A DNA stretch of 53,249 nucleotides from a virus (lineage: Duplodnaviria > Caudoviricetes): positions 1 through 53,249 of IMG/VR virus record IMGVR_UViG_3300031957_002446. One strand, 5' to 3'. Below the pieces are notes generated by a model that worked only from the letters and a program-made list of their open reading frames with translations, was not told where the DNA came from and searched no databases. Positions within the stretch are counted from its first letter, which is position 1. Each line of letters opens with the position of its first letter. Shown here one piece after another: positions 8,462-17,014 of the stretch. Both the position numbers and the translations under genes were made by a program.

Positions 8462-9880
8462 TCACATGAGGTTCTTGACGGATACGCGACGATAGTAGCG
8501 GTTTGTAGCAGCCTTGATAGCACCGAATGCAGCGGTGTCACCTTCAGCGAAGGGGTTCGCGACCATGCCGTAGCGGGTCTTGAAGCCGATCTTGGGTTGG
8601 AAGGTGTTCTCGCCAACGGCACGAACCATCTGTAGAGGAACGTAGGGGCAATAGAACAGACCAGCATCATAAGGTGAGGAACCCTTATAACCAACAACGT
8701 AATACTGCAGAGCAGCGTCGTTAGCAGCGAAGGGATCAATGTAAACGCGATACTTACCGTTGATGGTTCCAGCAAAGGTGTTGCCGGTGTCGTCAACGTT
8801 AAGGTTAGCGTTGAGGGCAGGGGTGTAATCAAGTACACCAGCCATGGTTAGAGCAGAAGCAACATCAGCGGAAGTTAGGATGATGTTACCCTTTCCACGA
8901 CGAGTTCTTTGTGCGATCTGGTTGGCATCGCGCTCGATTTGGAAGAGTAGACCCTTGAACTTCTCAACAGACCAACGACCGTTGGAGTCGATGTCAAGGT
9001 CAAACTGACCTTGGGTTGCAACGTTCTGTTGAGCACCTTGCTCAGCAGACTTGTAGATGGTACGGATAACTTCGCGGTTGATCTCAGCAAGAATCTCAGT
9101 GGAGAGAATGTTTGCTAGTTCAGCCTCGGCGTTTAGACCGTGGATTGCCTTGAGGTCTTGAGCAAGCTCGAGGCTGTACTCTGCCTTGAGGGCGCGTGAC
9201 TTAGCGGTCACGGTGACTTTCTCGATGGAGAAAGCCATTTTGTTGAACTCGTTACCGGATTCGCCTAGAGTCTCAGACTCGGTAACAGGCATACCCTGAC
9301 CTACGCTGTAGGTGGAGGGTGCTGCGTTAGGATCTAGAACGCCGGGGTTGGAACCACGCTGTAGAGTAGTACCGAAACCAACGGAACCGTCGGAGTCAGA
9401 ACCACCAGTGTAGTCGCCTTGGGTTGCGTCGTAGCCTTCGCGCTGAGCGGAGAATGCAGAATCGGGCTCATTGAATAGAGCTTCGGTTCCAGACATGTTC
9501 TCGTAGCGAGAACGCATTGCAAAGATGAGTCCAGTAGGACCGTTCATGGGCTGCACACCAGCTAGGTCATAAGCGACCAAGTTGGGCATGGAGCGACGGA
9601 TGAGGCTGATTAGTACGGGGTCAAAACCACCAGTAGGAGTGCCGCTATCAGTACCTGAAGTACCGCGATAGAGACCACCGCCACCGGAAGAGAATGACTG
9701 GGTGGGTGCCTCAGTAAGGTCTACGCCTTGCTCGAAAGCACGCTGTTCGTTTAGAAAACGCTCTTGGTTTTCTAAAAGTTGGGCAGTTACCACACGACGG
9801 TGAGAATCTTTGATTGCATCTGCACCATCATAATCTAGAAGGGGAGCCCACTTCTCTAGAAGGCCTGGATTGTTATACAT
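8462..9880 (-). CDS. gp23: Major capsid protein
   Basis: GVQPMNGPTGLIFAMR, KSRALKAEYSLELAQDLKAIHGL, FQPKIGFKTRYG. Confidence 0.99.
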   Translation of the reverse strand: MYNNPGLLEKWAPLLDYDGADAIKDSHRRVVTAQLLENQERFLNEQRAFEQGVDLTEAPTQSFSSGGGGLYRGTSGTDSGTPTGGFDPVLISLIRRSMPNLVAYDLAGVQPMNGPTGLIFAMRSRYENMSGTEALFNEPDSAFSAQREGYDATQGDYTGGSDSDGSVGFGTTLQRGSNPGVLDPNAAPSTYSVGQGMPVTESETLGESGNEFNKMAFSIEKVTVTAKSRALKAEYSLELAQDLKAIHGLNAEAELANILSTEILAEINREVIRTIYKSAEQGAQQNVATQGQFDLDIDSNGRWSVEKFKGLLFQIERDANQIAQRTRRGKGNIILTSADVASALTMAGVLDYTPALNANLNVDDTGNTFAGTINGKYRVYIDPFAANDAALQYYVVGYKGSSPYDAGLFYCPYVPLQMVRAVGENTFQPKIGFKTRYGMVANPFAEGDTAAFGAIKAATNRYYRRVSVKNLM

Positions 9881-9924
9881 TTTAGGTGTGAGTGTTTAAG
9901 GTTTTACAAATTGTTTTTCAGAAG

Positions 9925-11019
9925 TCAACGAGCTTGTCCCATGAACTTTATGTAATCTGCCATTCTGCCAGTTACATCTAGTCCAGCATTAAAACCCTCG
10001 GAAAGAGTTTCGGGGGACTCAGTAGTCTTTTCACTTGGGAAATATGACTCTCTAAGAGTCGCTAACTTTTCACGGTAAGATACTTCACCCTCAAACTCAA
10101 CACCTTCCGCTAGGGAAGCGAGTTTCTCCTTCTGGGTATCAGCAAGACCTTCAGAAACCTGCTTGAGGATTACCTCAGCGGTGGATTCTCCAAGTCTGCG
10201 ATTCAGTTGGATATTTTTCTCGATTTGCTCGTTGAGCTTGGTCTCCATGTCATCAAGTTTTTCTACCATATTCTCGACCACATCATATTTATCGTCAGGG
10301 ATGGATACATAATGATCTTCAAAAAGACTTCTCATTCCTTGTAGGAATGATTCGGTCATCTCAGTCTTCAGACCGTGTTCGATCTGAAGTGCATTTTCTT
10401 CTAACCATTCTTGAGAAACGTACTCAAGATAGGCATCTACTCTTTCGGTAAGTTCAGTTCTAAGACCAGCCATCTCTTCAGCAAGAACTTCTGCTGCTTG
10501 CTCTTCGATTACCTTCTTAGCTTCTTGTACCTTGGCAGTGACTGCAGCTTCAAATACAGTCTTTGCTTTTTCTTGGAACTCTTCGGAGAGTTCTTCTCCA
10601 GCAAATAGAGCAGCAACGTCTTCATCGACGTTAACTTCTACGGTCTCTTCTTCCTGTTCTGCTACAACTTCAGTCTCATCGACTTCGGTTTCTTCAGCAT
10701 ACTTGGGAGCTTTGGGCATGGCGTCACCACCGCCACGGGAAACACTGGTTCCTCCAGTGGTTGCATATGCGGGGGCTTTAGACATACCTTCTGCGGATTT
10801 TGAACCTCTAGTTACGACATCGGATACCTTGCTTAGGCCAGGTTCCTTAAGTTTAGCGGAATCATCATCAGGACGATAGTTTTCGGGGGTAGGACCGCCA
10901 AGATCCTCGATCTGGCCGTGACCAGGAACGTAGGAATTCTTAGCAGAGCTATCCATACCCTCACCAGACTTCGCACCAGATGACACGACGTTTTCCATTT
11001 CTTGTAATTTGGCGGACAT
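9925..11019 (-). CDS. gp22: Prohead core scaffolding protein
   Basis: ELSEEF.EKAKTVFEAAV, VDAYLEYV..EW; acidic coiled coil; between gp21 and gp23. Confidence 0.95.
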   Translation of the reverse strand: MSAKLQEMENVVSSGAKSGEGMDSSAKNSYVPGHGQIEDLGGPTPENYRPDDDSAKLKEPGLSKVSDVVTRGSKSAEGMSKAPAYATTGGTSVSRGGGDAMPKAPKYAEETEVDETEVVAEQEEETVEVNVDEDVAALFAGEELSEEFQEKAKTVFEAAVTAKVQEAKKVIEEQAAEVLAEEMAGLRTELTERVDAYLEYVSQEWLEENALQIEHGLKTEMTESFLQGMRSLFEDHYVSIPDDKYDVVENMVEKLDDMETKLNEQIEKNIQLNRRLGESTAEVILKQVSEGLADTQKEKLASLAEGVEFEGEVSYREKLATLRESYFPSEKTTESPETLSEGFNAGLDVTGRMADYIKFMGQAR

Positions 11020-11062
11020 TAGAACTCTCCGAATTTAGATTTATATAGTGAAAATCTATACT

Positions 11063-11069
11063 TATTTAT
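11063..11069 (-). promoter_or_regulatory. Late promoter (ATAAATA) for gp22-gp23
   Basis: Consensus match in intergenic DNA. Confidence 0.8.
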
Positions 11070-11073
11070 TAAG

Positions 11074-11724
11074 TTATAGATTTGATAAGAAGTTTTGGAA
11101 GATGTTTAGTTTATTTTCTTCCAATTTACGTTGATCAACCATCGTGTTGATCTCTTTGTATGTTTTTGCTGCGAGTCTTTCGCGGAGAATTCCTCCTTCC
11201 CACACCCACTCTTTACCCTCCATGATGCCATCAACGAAAGCATCGGGCGCAGAAGGATCTGCTACGATATCAGCTGCAGTTGCTAAAGCAAAGTCATCAT
11301 TGACCATGCTATAACCTTCTTTGGTTGGAGTTAGCGTTCCAACTCCGCGAGAAGAAACACCAAGTTTCACACCATCATTAATTAGAGCTTCAGCGATCTT
11401 GCCCATTGGGGTGGAAAGAATCTTTGCCTTACCAATGAAGTTATTACCTTCTCTTACAAGAGATGTAATTTTGTGTGAGGCTCTATCAAGGTTGATGGAT
11501 GGTCCCTCGGGGTGGCCAAGTTCTCCTAGAGCACGACCTTTAGAAATGAAGTTTTCGTGATAACGCTTAACTTCTCTCTCAAGAATGTTACAGTCGTACA
11601 TTCTCTTATTTCTATTGGCGATATTTCCTTGGAGAAATACACCTTCGATATACAGACTTTTTTTACCGTTGCGTTGCTCAACGATAACTTCAACCTGTTC
11701 GATTTCTTCTCTGATTAGTTTCAT
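11074..11724 (-). CDS. gp21: Prohead protease
   Basis: LYIEGVFLQ, ALGELGHP, GVSSRG, DIVADPSAPDA. Confidence 0.97.
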   Translation of the reverse strand: MKLIREEIEQVEVIVEQRNGKKSLYIEGVFLQGNIANRNKRMYDCNILEREVKRYHENFISKGRALGELGHPEGPSINLDRASHKITSLVREGNNFIGKAKILSTPMGKIAEALINDGVKLGVSSRGVGTLTPTKEGYSMVNDDFALATAADIVADPSAPDAFVDGIMEGKEWVWEGGILRERLAAKTYKEINTMVDQRKLEENKLNIFQNFLSNL

Positions 11725-11727
11725 TTT

Positions 11728-11994
11728 TTAAACGGTAAATCCTACTTTAGTTCCCTTAACATCAGCAGAGCCGGCAAGAATTAAATCACTATGTTTTTTC
11801 TCAATATATTCAACAGTCCCTGTTGCCATAGTCATAGAACCAATTCCTTGGAAATTTGAATCAAGGACAGTAACAAGTTGAGCACCTGAGTTGCTGTTGT
11901 AGAGACGAACAACTGTTGCTTGAGAAAAACTAGAAGCAGTTCCTACAGTAGTAGGACAATCTTCCTGAGGACCAAGTACAAGTGATCTGGCCAT
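11728..11994 (-). CDS. Small head-region protein
   Basis: ORF track; coupled to neighbours in the gp20-gp21 interval. Confidence 0.75.
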   Translation of the reverse strand: MARSLVLGPQEDCPTTVGTASSFSQATVVRLYNSNSGAQLVTVLDSNFQGIGSMTMATGTVEYIEKKHSDLILAGSADVKGTKVGFTV

Positions 11995-12167
11995 TACTCT
12001 TCTCCTTCATGTTCTGATTGAGATGGATCACCAAACAAACCAGCAGCTGCCAGTGGTCTATACTGATCAATCTTTTCTGCGGACTTTGAATATAGGGCAT
12101 CTTTGATGCCATCAGTAATTTTTGATGCCGACGCATCACTAAAAATCATATCAATAATTTCTTCCAT
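11994..12167 (-). CDS. Small acidic prohead-region protein (57 aa, MEEIIDMIFSDASASKITDGIKDALYSKSAEKID...), at the position of T4 gp67/gp68
   Basis: Not in ORF track; hand translated; late promoter upstream; TAATG coupling to the next gene. Confidence 0.75.
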   Translation of the reverse strand: MEEIIDMIFSDASASKITDGIKDALYSKSAEKIDQYRPLAAAGLFGDPSQSEHEGEE

Positions 12168-12196
12168 GAGAAATTCTGCCGAAAATAACTATGAAC

Positions 12197-12203
12197 TATT
12201 TAT
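12197..12203 (-). promoter_or_regulatory. Late promoter (ATAAATA)
   Basis: Consensus match 30 nt upstream of the ATG at 12167. Confidence 0.75.
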
Positions 12204-12217
12204 TGTATTAATAACTC

Positions 12218-13855
12218 TTACTTCTCAGGTGCCTTTGTTGATGTCTCGTCGGGTTTTGGATCTTTGGGAGTATTTCCAAGAGCTGGTTGTTCAATTGGAT
12301 TTCCAAATTCATCTGTAGGAACTGTGGGATCTGGTAATAATCCCATCTCAATTTCCTTCTCAATTTGCTTATCGATCTCGATAATTTCTTCATCAGTCTG
12401 CTGTAGGACTTTTCTACGCATATACTCTACAGAGTAATATCTGCCAAGATAAGGTTCTGCCTGAGCAGCTAATTGAAGTCTTCCTTCCAAGAGTTCTTTC
12501 TCTTTTAGTTCTGCAAAATGATTATCATAAAGATAATCAAACTGAATATGTTCTTCTAATTTACTCCAATCTTCGGGAGTGCAGATATTCTTAAGAAGAC
12601 ACTGAGTTTTCAAAAAGTCTAAGAACATATTGCTGAATCTTTTTCTTAGACGACCAACAAATTTTGAGAACTTAAGTTCATCTCTTAGGATTTCTGAAGA
12701 TCTTCCAAGATTGAATCCTCCTTCAGAAGCAATTCTAGATTCTGGTACACCCAAAGATCTATAGAGTTTTTTCTGGAAATATTGAACATCACTCAGCTCT
12801 CCTAAGTTTTGTCCACCAGGAAGTGTAGAAATTTCAGTTCCTCTACCACCTTCACGTCTAGGAAGCCAAAAATCTTCCAGCATGGACATATATCTCTTAT
12901 CGTCGCGAACCTCACCAGTCTCTGCATTATAGACTAGTTTATTGCGATAACGATTCATAACATCGCGGAGATATTGTTCCGCTTTAATTTTTGGTAGGTT
13001 GCCAACATCAATGTAGAAGATTCTACGTTCTGGCGCTCTTGATAGTCTGTAAATAACGAGAGAATCCTCAATCATTCTAAGTTGATTGAGTGATTTAATT
13101 GCTTTATGAAGATATGAAAGTACGACGCCTTTGTTTCTATCTACAAGTCCAGAAGTACAGTATGTAATAGAGTCTTTTGTAAATTTAACTCCTTTAGTTC
13201 CTGTGTATCTATCGTTAATAGCTCCTGTGTAGGTTGGTTTTGGTGTGTAGAGGAAATATTCGTCAATTTCTGGGAATGGGACTGTTTGTCCCTTTGACAT
13301 TGCATTTGGTTGTTGGAATACTCCATTACTTGCATCCTTTTTCTTTTTTTCTTCACGAATATAACGCATCTTAAGAGCGTCAATATATCTTAGCTCTTTA
13401 ATTCCTTCTTGAGGTTTACTGATGTCAATAACCTTATGATAATAAAGTCTTCCATCAACGTACCAATTTCGGAAAATCTCATGAGACTTTGCATCAAAAT
13501 TTAAAAGGTCTTTAATACTTTTAAATTCACTTCTAATTTTATTTTTAATCCCATCACTAGCGGGAAGATTTTCCAAATTGATTGTGACTGGACTATCGTT
13601 TAAGTCACTTACGATAGCTTCGTTTACTAAATCTTCAATTGCACTATCGCACTCTGGGTGCAGAGCCATTTCTCGATAACGCTTGATAAGTTCAAACTCA
13701 GACTTATATACTCCTTCTAGGTCAAGATATTGACCATAAAAATTACTTGCTATATAATGGTCAACCCCGTCCTCATTATTTTGAGGAACGGGGGAAACCG
13801 TAGTCTTGGATTTTTTCTCTGTATCCTCAATAGAGAAACCAAATAGTCTCGCCAT
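12218..13855 (-). CDS. gp20: Portal vertex protein
   Basis: YRLSRAPERRIFYIDVGNLPK, MLEDFWLPRREGGRGTEI. Confidence 0.99.
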   Translation of the reverse strand: MARLFGFSIEDTEKKSKTTVSPVPQNNEDGVDHYIASNFYGQYLDLEGVYKSEFELIKRYREMALHPECDSAIEDLVNEAIVSDLNDSPVTINLENLPASDGIKNKIRSEFKSIKDLLNFDAKSHEIFRNWYVDGRLYYHKVIDISKPQEGIKELRYIDALKMRYIREEKKKKDASNGVFQQPNAMSKGQTVPFPEIDEYFLYTPKPTYTGAINDRYTGTKGVKFTKDSITYCTSGLVDRNKGVVLSYLHKAIKSLNQLRMIEDSLVIYRLSRAPERRIFYIDVGNLPKIKAEQYLRDVMNRYRNKLVYNAETGEVRDDKRYMSMLEDFWLPRREGGRGTEISTLPGGQNLGELSDVQYFQKKLYRSLGVPESRIASEGGFNLGRSSEILRDELKFSKFVGRLRKRFSNMFLDFLKTQCLLKNICTPEDWSKLEEHIQFDYLYDNHFAELKEKELLEGRLQLAAQAEPYLGRYYSVEYMRRKVLQQTDEEIIEIDKQIEKEIEMGLLPDPTVPTDEFGNPIEQPALGNTPKDPKPDETSTKAPEK

Positions 13856-13882
13856 GTTATAAAAAACTTATGGTGCTACGTC

Positions 13883-13889
13883 TATTTAG
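13883..13889 (-). promoter_or_regulatory. Late promoter (CTAAATA) for gp20, overlapping the gp19 stop
   Basis: TAAATA core ~28 nt upstream of gp20. Confidence 0.7.
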
Positions 13890-14470
13890 ACAATATCACC
13901 ACCTGCTCCTCTGGCCTCCCAATACTGAACTTGGAGTTCCACTGTAAATTCCTCTAACTGATCAGAAGAATCATATGATAGTGGGATCTCAGAGATGTTG
14001 GTTGGGAAGACATCATAGAAGCGATACTTTCTCAGAACTTCACCTTGTCTATTGAGTTGATAGACATATGCTTCTGCTTGATAGTCAGCTGGATTGGTGG
14101 CACCAGTTGCATCTTTAACATTGTTCATGCTATTCATCCAACCCTCAAATGCACCTCTGATTAGGAAATCAGTGTCATTGAGAACCGTGATGGTCCATGT
14201 ATCAAATGTTCTGTCGCCAGCAATTTTAAGAACACGACCTCTAAAGGCCACATCAATTGGGGCGATGTTGGATGATGGTAAAGCAGCTGCCTTAACAAGG
14301 AATCTTGCCTTTTCAAGAACTCCGTCTGCGGGAGAGAAAGAACCAGGGAACGCCAACACAACTTCAAATAGATTAGGCCTTGCGCCACCGCCGGCTAATT
14401 TATTTTTGAAGTCCGAAATCGTTCTTAAGGTTGGTTGATCTACTTGATTTCTAGGAGTGGATGTTGCCAT
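13886..14470 (-). CDS. gp19: Tail tube protein
   Basis: GGARPNLFEV, KIAGDRTFDTWTITVLND, FPTNIS. Confidence 0.97.
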   Translation of the reverse strand: MATSTPRNQVDQPTLRTISDFKNKLAGGGARPNLFEVVLAFPGSFSPADGVLEKARFLVKAAALPSSNIAPIDVAFRGRVLKIAGDRTFDTWTITVLNDTDFLIRGAFEGWMNSMNNVKDATGATNPADYQAEAYVYQLNRQGEVLRKYRFYDVFPTNISEIPLSYDSSDQLEEFTVELQVQYWEARGAGGDIV

Positions 14471-14487
14471 TGAATTAGACCTCTAAA

Positions 14488-16683
14488 TTAAACGTTTCCG
14501 ACGATTTCTTCAAAAGAAACACCAGTGCGAGTAGCAACAAAGGTGAGTCCAATAAAGTTGATAGAACGTGCTGGTTTGATGAAGATGTCAGCAACGAATT
14601 CGTTACGATCAATAACAGCAGCTGTGTTGTTTGTTTGGTCGCAAACAACGATGAATTCATCGATGCCGCGATTAGATTGGACTTCTCTTAAGAAGGGCTC
14701 AACGGCATTAACAAAGTTGGTTCTAGTAACCTCGTCATTAAATTCAAAGAGTTGATCTCTAGCAACCGTTGCAATTGCTTTTTCAACATATAGGAACAAT
14801 CTACGAACATTGATTCTATCAAATGCAGATTGTTTTACTTGTCCAGTCTTGTCTCCGTAAAGTACAATACCAGATCCAGGCAAGAATGTTACTGGATTGA
14901 CTCTGTTACTGTAGAGTCTGTCTCTTTGAGCTTTGGTTGGGTTGTAAGGAACTTTTACTGCGTTTAGAATTGCACCTCTTGTTGTTCCTGCAGGTGAGAA
15001 CCAGGGGAAAGCAACAATATCAGTTCTTACGCAAGTGCCAGCAATGTCTCCATTTAGAGGAACATAACGGAACTTATCAGCGAAGCGGTCATACATGTAC
15101 TTATAACCACTATCAAATACTGCAAACGAAGATGAGGCAATCGGTGAGAAGTGTGCAATTATGTTATCGGTAATAGTCTCAGAATCTCTGACTGAGGATG
15201 ATGATCCAGACTCATTAAAGATTGCTGTTCTTGCGGGAGAAAGGAATGCAAGTGCATCGGTTCTTGTTTCGGCAATATTGATTGCCTTTAGACCAATTGC
15301 TTGAGCTTCTTCTTTCGTCCAGTTTCCAGAACCTTGCAGAACGAAATCTACATCATATTCATCAGCATTCAGAAGTTTATCATAACCAGCATTTAGATTG
15401 CCAATGCTTGCTTTGAGTGAACCTGTTGTATCTAGTCCAACACTTCCGCCATAATTTAGACCACCTGCTAGAGTATATTTTCTGTTTCCTGCACCTGCGA
15501 AAGAAATGCCTTGTGCATTTTGATCCCACGCAGTATCAGTTACAGTTGTAAATCCAGATCCAACATTTAGTTGGAAGTCCATATCAACTGTATTGGAAGG
15601 AGCTCCACCTAAGAAGATGTATCCAGATCCATTAGCAGCAAATTGTCTGTAATAATTTGCAGAACCATTAACAAACTGTGCATCTTTTGCCTTAGAAAGA
15701 CCGATGTGCTTCTCTAAGATGGTTCCAGGATTTCCCGTAATTGTTCCTTTATCATCAATTACGACAACGTGAACCTCATCAAATCTTGATCCTCTTGCAG
15801 CTGCATATGAAGAAGTGGCAGGACGATCAGCGATTTGATTCCAACTAATATTGTCACCAGTTAGTGTAATTTCTTGCTGATTGAACCAATCAGTAACGGT
15901 ATTAGAAGTATCTGTTGAAACCGCAACACCAACATTATCGGAGATTACGATAGCAGTTTCAGCACTATCAGAATTATAGAATTTGTAAACTCCACCTTCT
16001 TGATATTCCCTGGCACTTTGTACGCCAGCTGCGGTAACATGTTGAACTAGTTTAACGTGAATCGTGTCCGAGGACAGTCCAGATTCAGTTCCAACTGCAG
16101 TAACAACTCCTTTAAAGAAACCATCTAGGAGAGAAGTAGTTCCAACACCAGCAACAACAGTACCTGCAGGAACTGCCTGAGTAACTCCCATTCCGATAGT
16201 TATACCGCTAGTTACTACACCAGAAACAATTTGATCTGCCCGACCATCGATAATGGCAACTACCATATCGTTGCCCCAGCTTCCAGGGTTTCTGGCAGCA
16301 ACAGTTACACCGCTGATGGTGTTTTCATCATATCCTAGTTCTACATAGTGATCTAGACTTCTAATTTTTGGTGCAGTCACGGTGGAACCACCATAAGCAT
16401 TCTTCATGTCGGCATCGTCCGCACGAACGATACGCATGTTTCCACCATAGGATAGATATGAGGATGCAACCATCCAATGTTCGTAGTGTCTATCCGCCTC
16501 ATAAGCTTCGCCAAAATTAGCTAGCAAATCAGACTCATTTTCAACTAAAGTGGGGACTTCGACTGGCCCTTGAGCAAAAGGTGCGACAATAGCAGCAACT
16601 TTATCGGAAGTAGGATCAACTCTACCAACGGTAAGATCAACTTCCCTTACTCTAACGCCAGGAGATGCTAGATTTAATGGCAT
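14488..16683 (-). CDS. gp18: Tail sheath protein
   Basis: SPGVRVREVDLT, PWFSPAG, FDRINVRRLF, IKPARSINFI. Confidence 0.98.
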   Translation of the reverse strand: MPLNLASPGVRVREVDLTVGRVDPTSDKVAAIVAPFAQGPVEVPTLVENESDLLANFGEAYEADRHYEHWMVASSYLSYGGNMRIVRADDADMKNAYGGSTVTAPKIRSLDHYVELGYDENTISGVTVAARNPGSWGNDMVVAIIDGRADQIVSGVVTSGITIGMGVTQAVPAGTVVAGVGTTSLLDGFFKGVVTAVGTESGLSSDTIHVKLVQHVTAAGVQSAREYQEGGVYKFYNSDSAETAIVISDNVGVAVSTDTSNTVTDWFNQQEITLTGDNISWNQIADRPATSSYAAARGSRFDEVHVVVIDDKGTITGNPGTILEKHIGLSKAKDAQFVNGSANYYRQFAANGSGYIFLGGAPSNTVDMDFQLNVGSGFTTVTDTAWDQNAQGISFAGAGNRKYTLAGGLNYGGSVGLDTTGSLKASIGNLNAGYDKLLNADEYDVDFVLQGSGNWTKEEAQAIGLKAINIAETRTDALAFLSPARTAIFNESGSSSSVRDSETITDNIIAHFSPIASSSFAVFDSGYKYMYDRFADKFRYVPLNGDIAGTCVRTDIVAFPWFSPAGTTRGAILNAVKVPYNPTKAQRDRLYSNRVNPVTFLPGSGIVLYGDKTGQVKQSAFDRINVRRLFLYVEKAIATVARDQLFEFNDEVTRTNFVNAVEPFLREVQSNRGIDEFIVVCDQTNNTAAVIDRNEFVADIFIKPARSINFIGLTFVATRTGVSFEEIVGNV

Positions 16684-16722
16684 CTTTTTACTCTCCTATG
16701 GGGTCCAAAATTAATCTAATCT

Positions 16723-16729
16723 TATTTAT
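16723..16729 (-). promoter_or_regulatory. Late promoter (ATAAATA) for gp18-gp19
   Basis: Consensus match 40 nt upstream of gp18; AGGAG SD follows. Confidence 0.8.
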
Positions 16730-16768
16730 TATTTTGGGGTGTTCAGATGGGGAAACAATGCATGAACC

Positions 16769-17014
16769 CTACCAATCAGGATAAACATCTTTAATTCTAG
16801 GGACTGGATTATATCGTATGTCTAATTTTCTATATTCAGTCACTCTTTTTATGGTACATTCTTTACACTCATATGAGTATGATGACGGGAAACCTCTCCT
16901 ATCCTTTCTTGTCAAATAAAATCCATCAATAAGATCTTTAGATTTTTCACAAACTCTACATTTCCTTTCTTGAAATAATAAATGCTCTAAAGATACTTGA
17001 TCATCGAAATCCAT
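16769..17014 (-). CDS. Small zinc-finger-like protein (CRVC...CKEC)
   Basis: Two CxxC pairs; coupled to the gp17 stop. Confidence 0.8.
   Translation of the reverse strand: MDFDDQVSLEHLLFQERKCRVCEKSKDLIDGFYLTRKDRRGFPSSYSYECKECTIKRVTEYRKLDIRYNPVPRIKDVYPDW

Noticed and set aside
8404-8838. 144-aa alternative-frame ORF over the gp23 3' end (also 8875..9090 and 9334..9522)
   Set aside because: Explained by gp23 codon bias; runs through the terminator. A frameshift extension was considered but no slippery site was seen.
11930-12139. Track ORF of 69 aa
   Set aside because: Wrong frame; 11994..12167 has the promoter and the coupling to the next gene.
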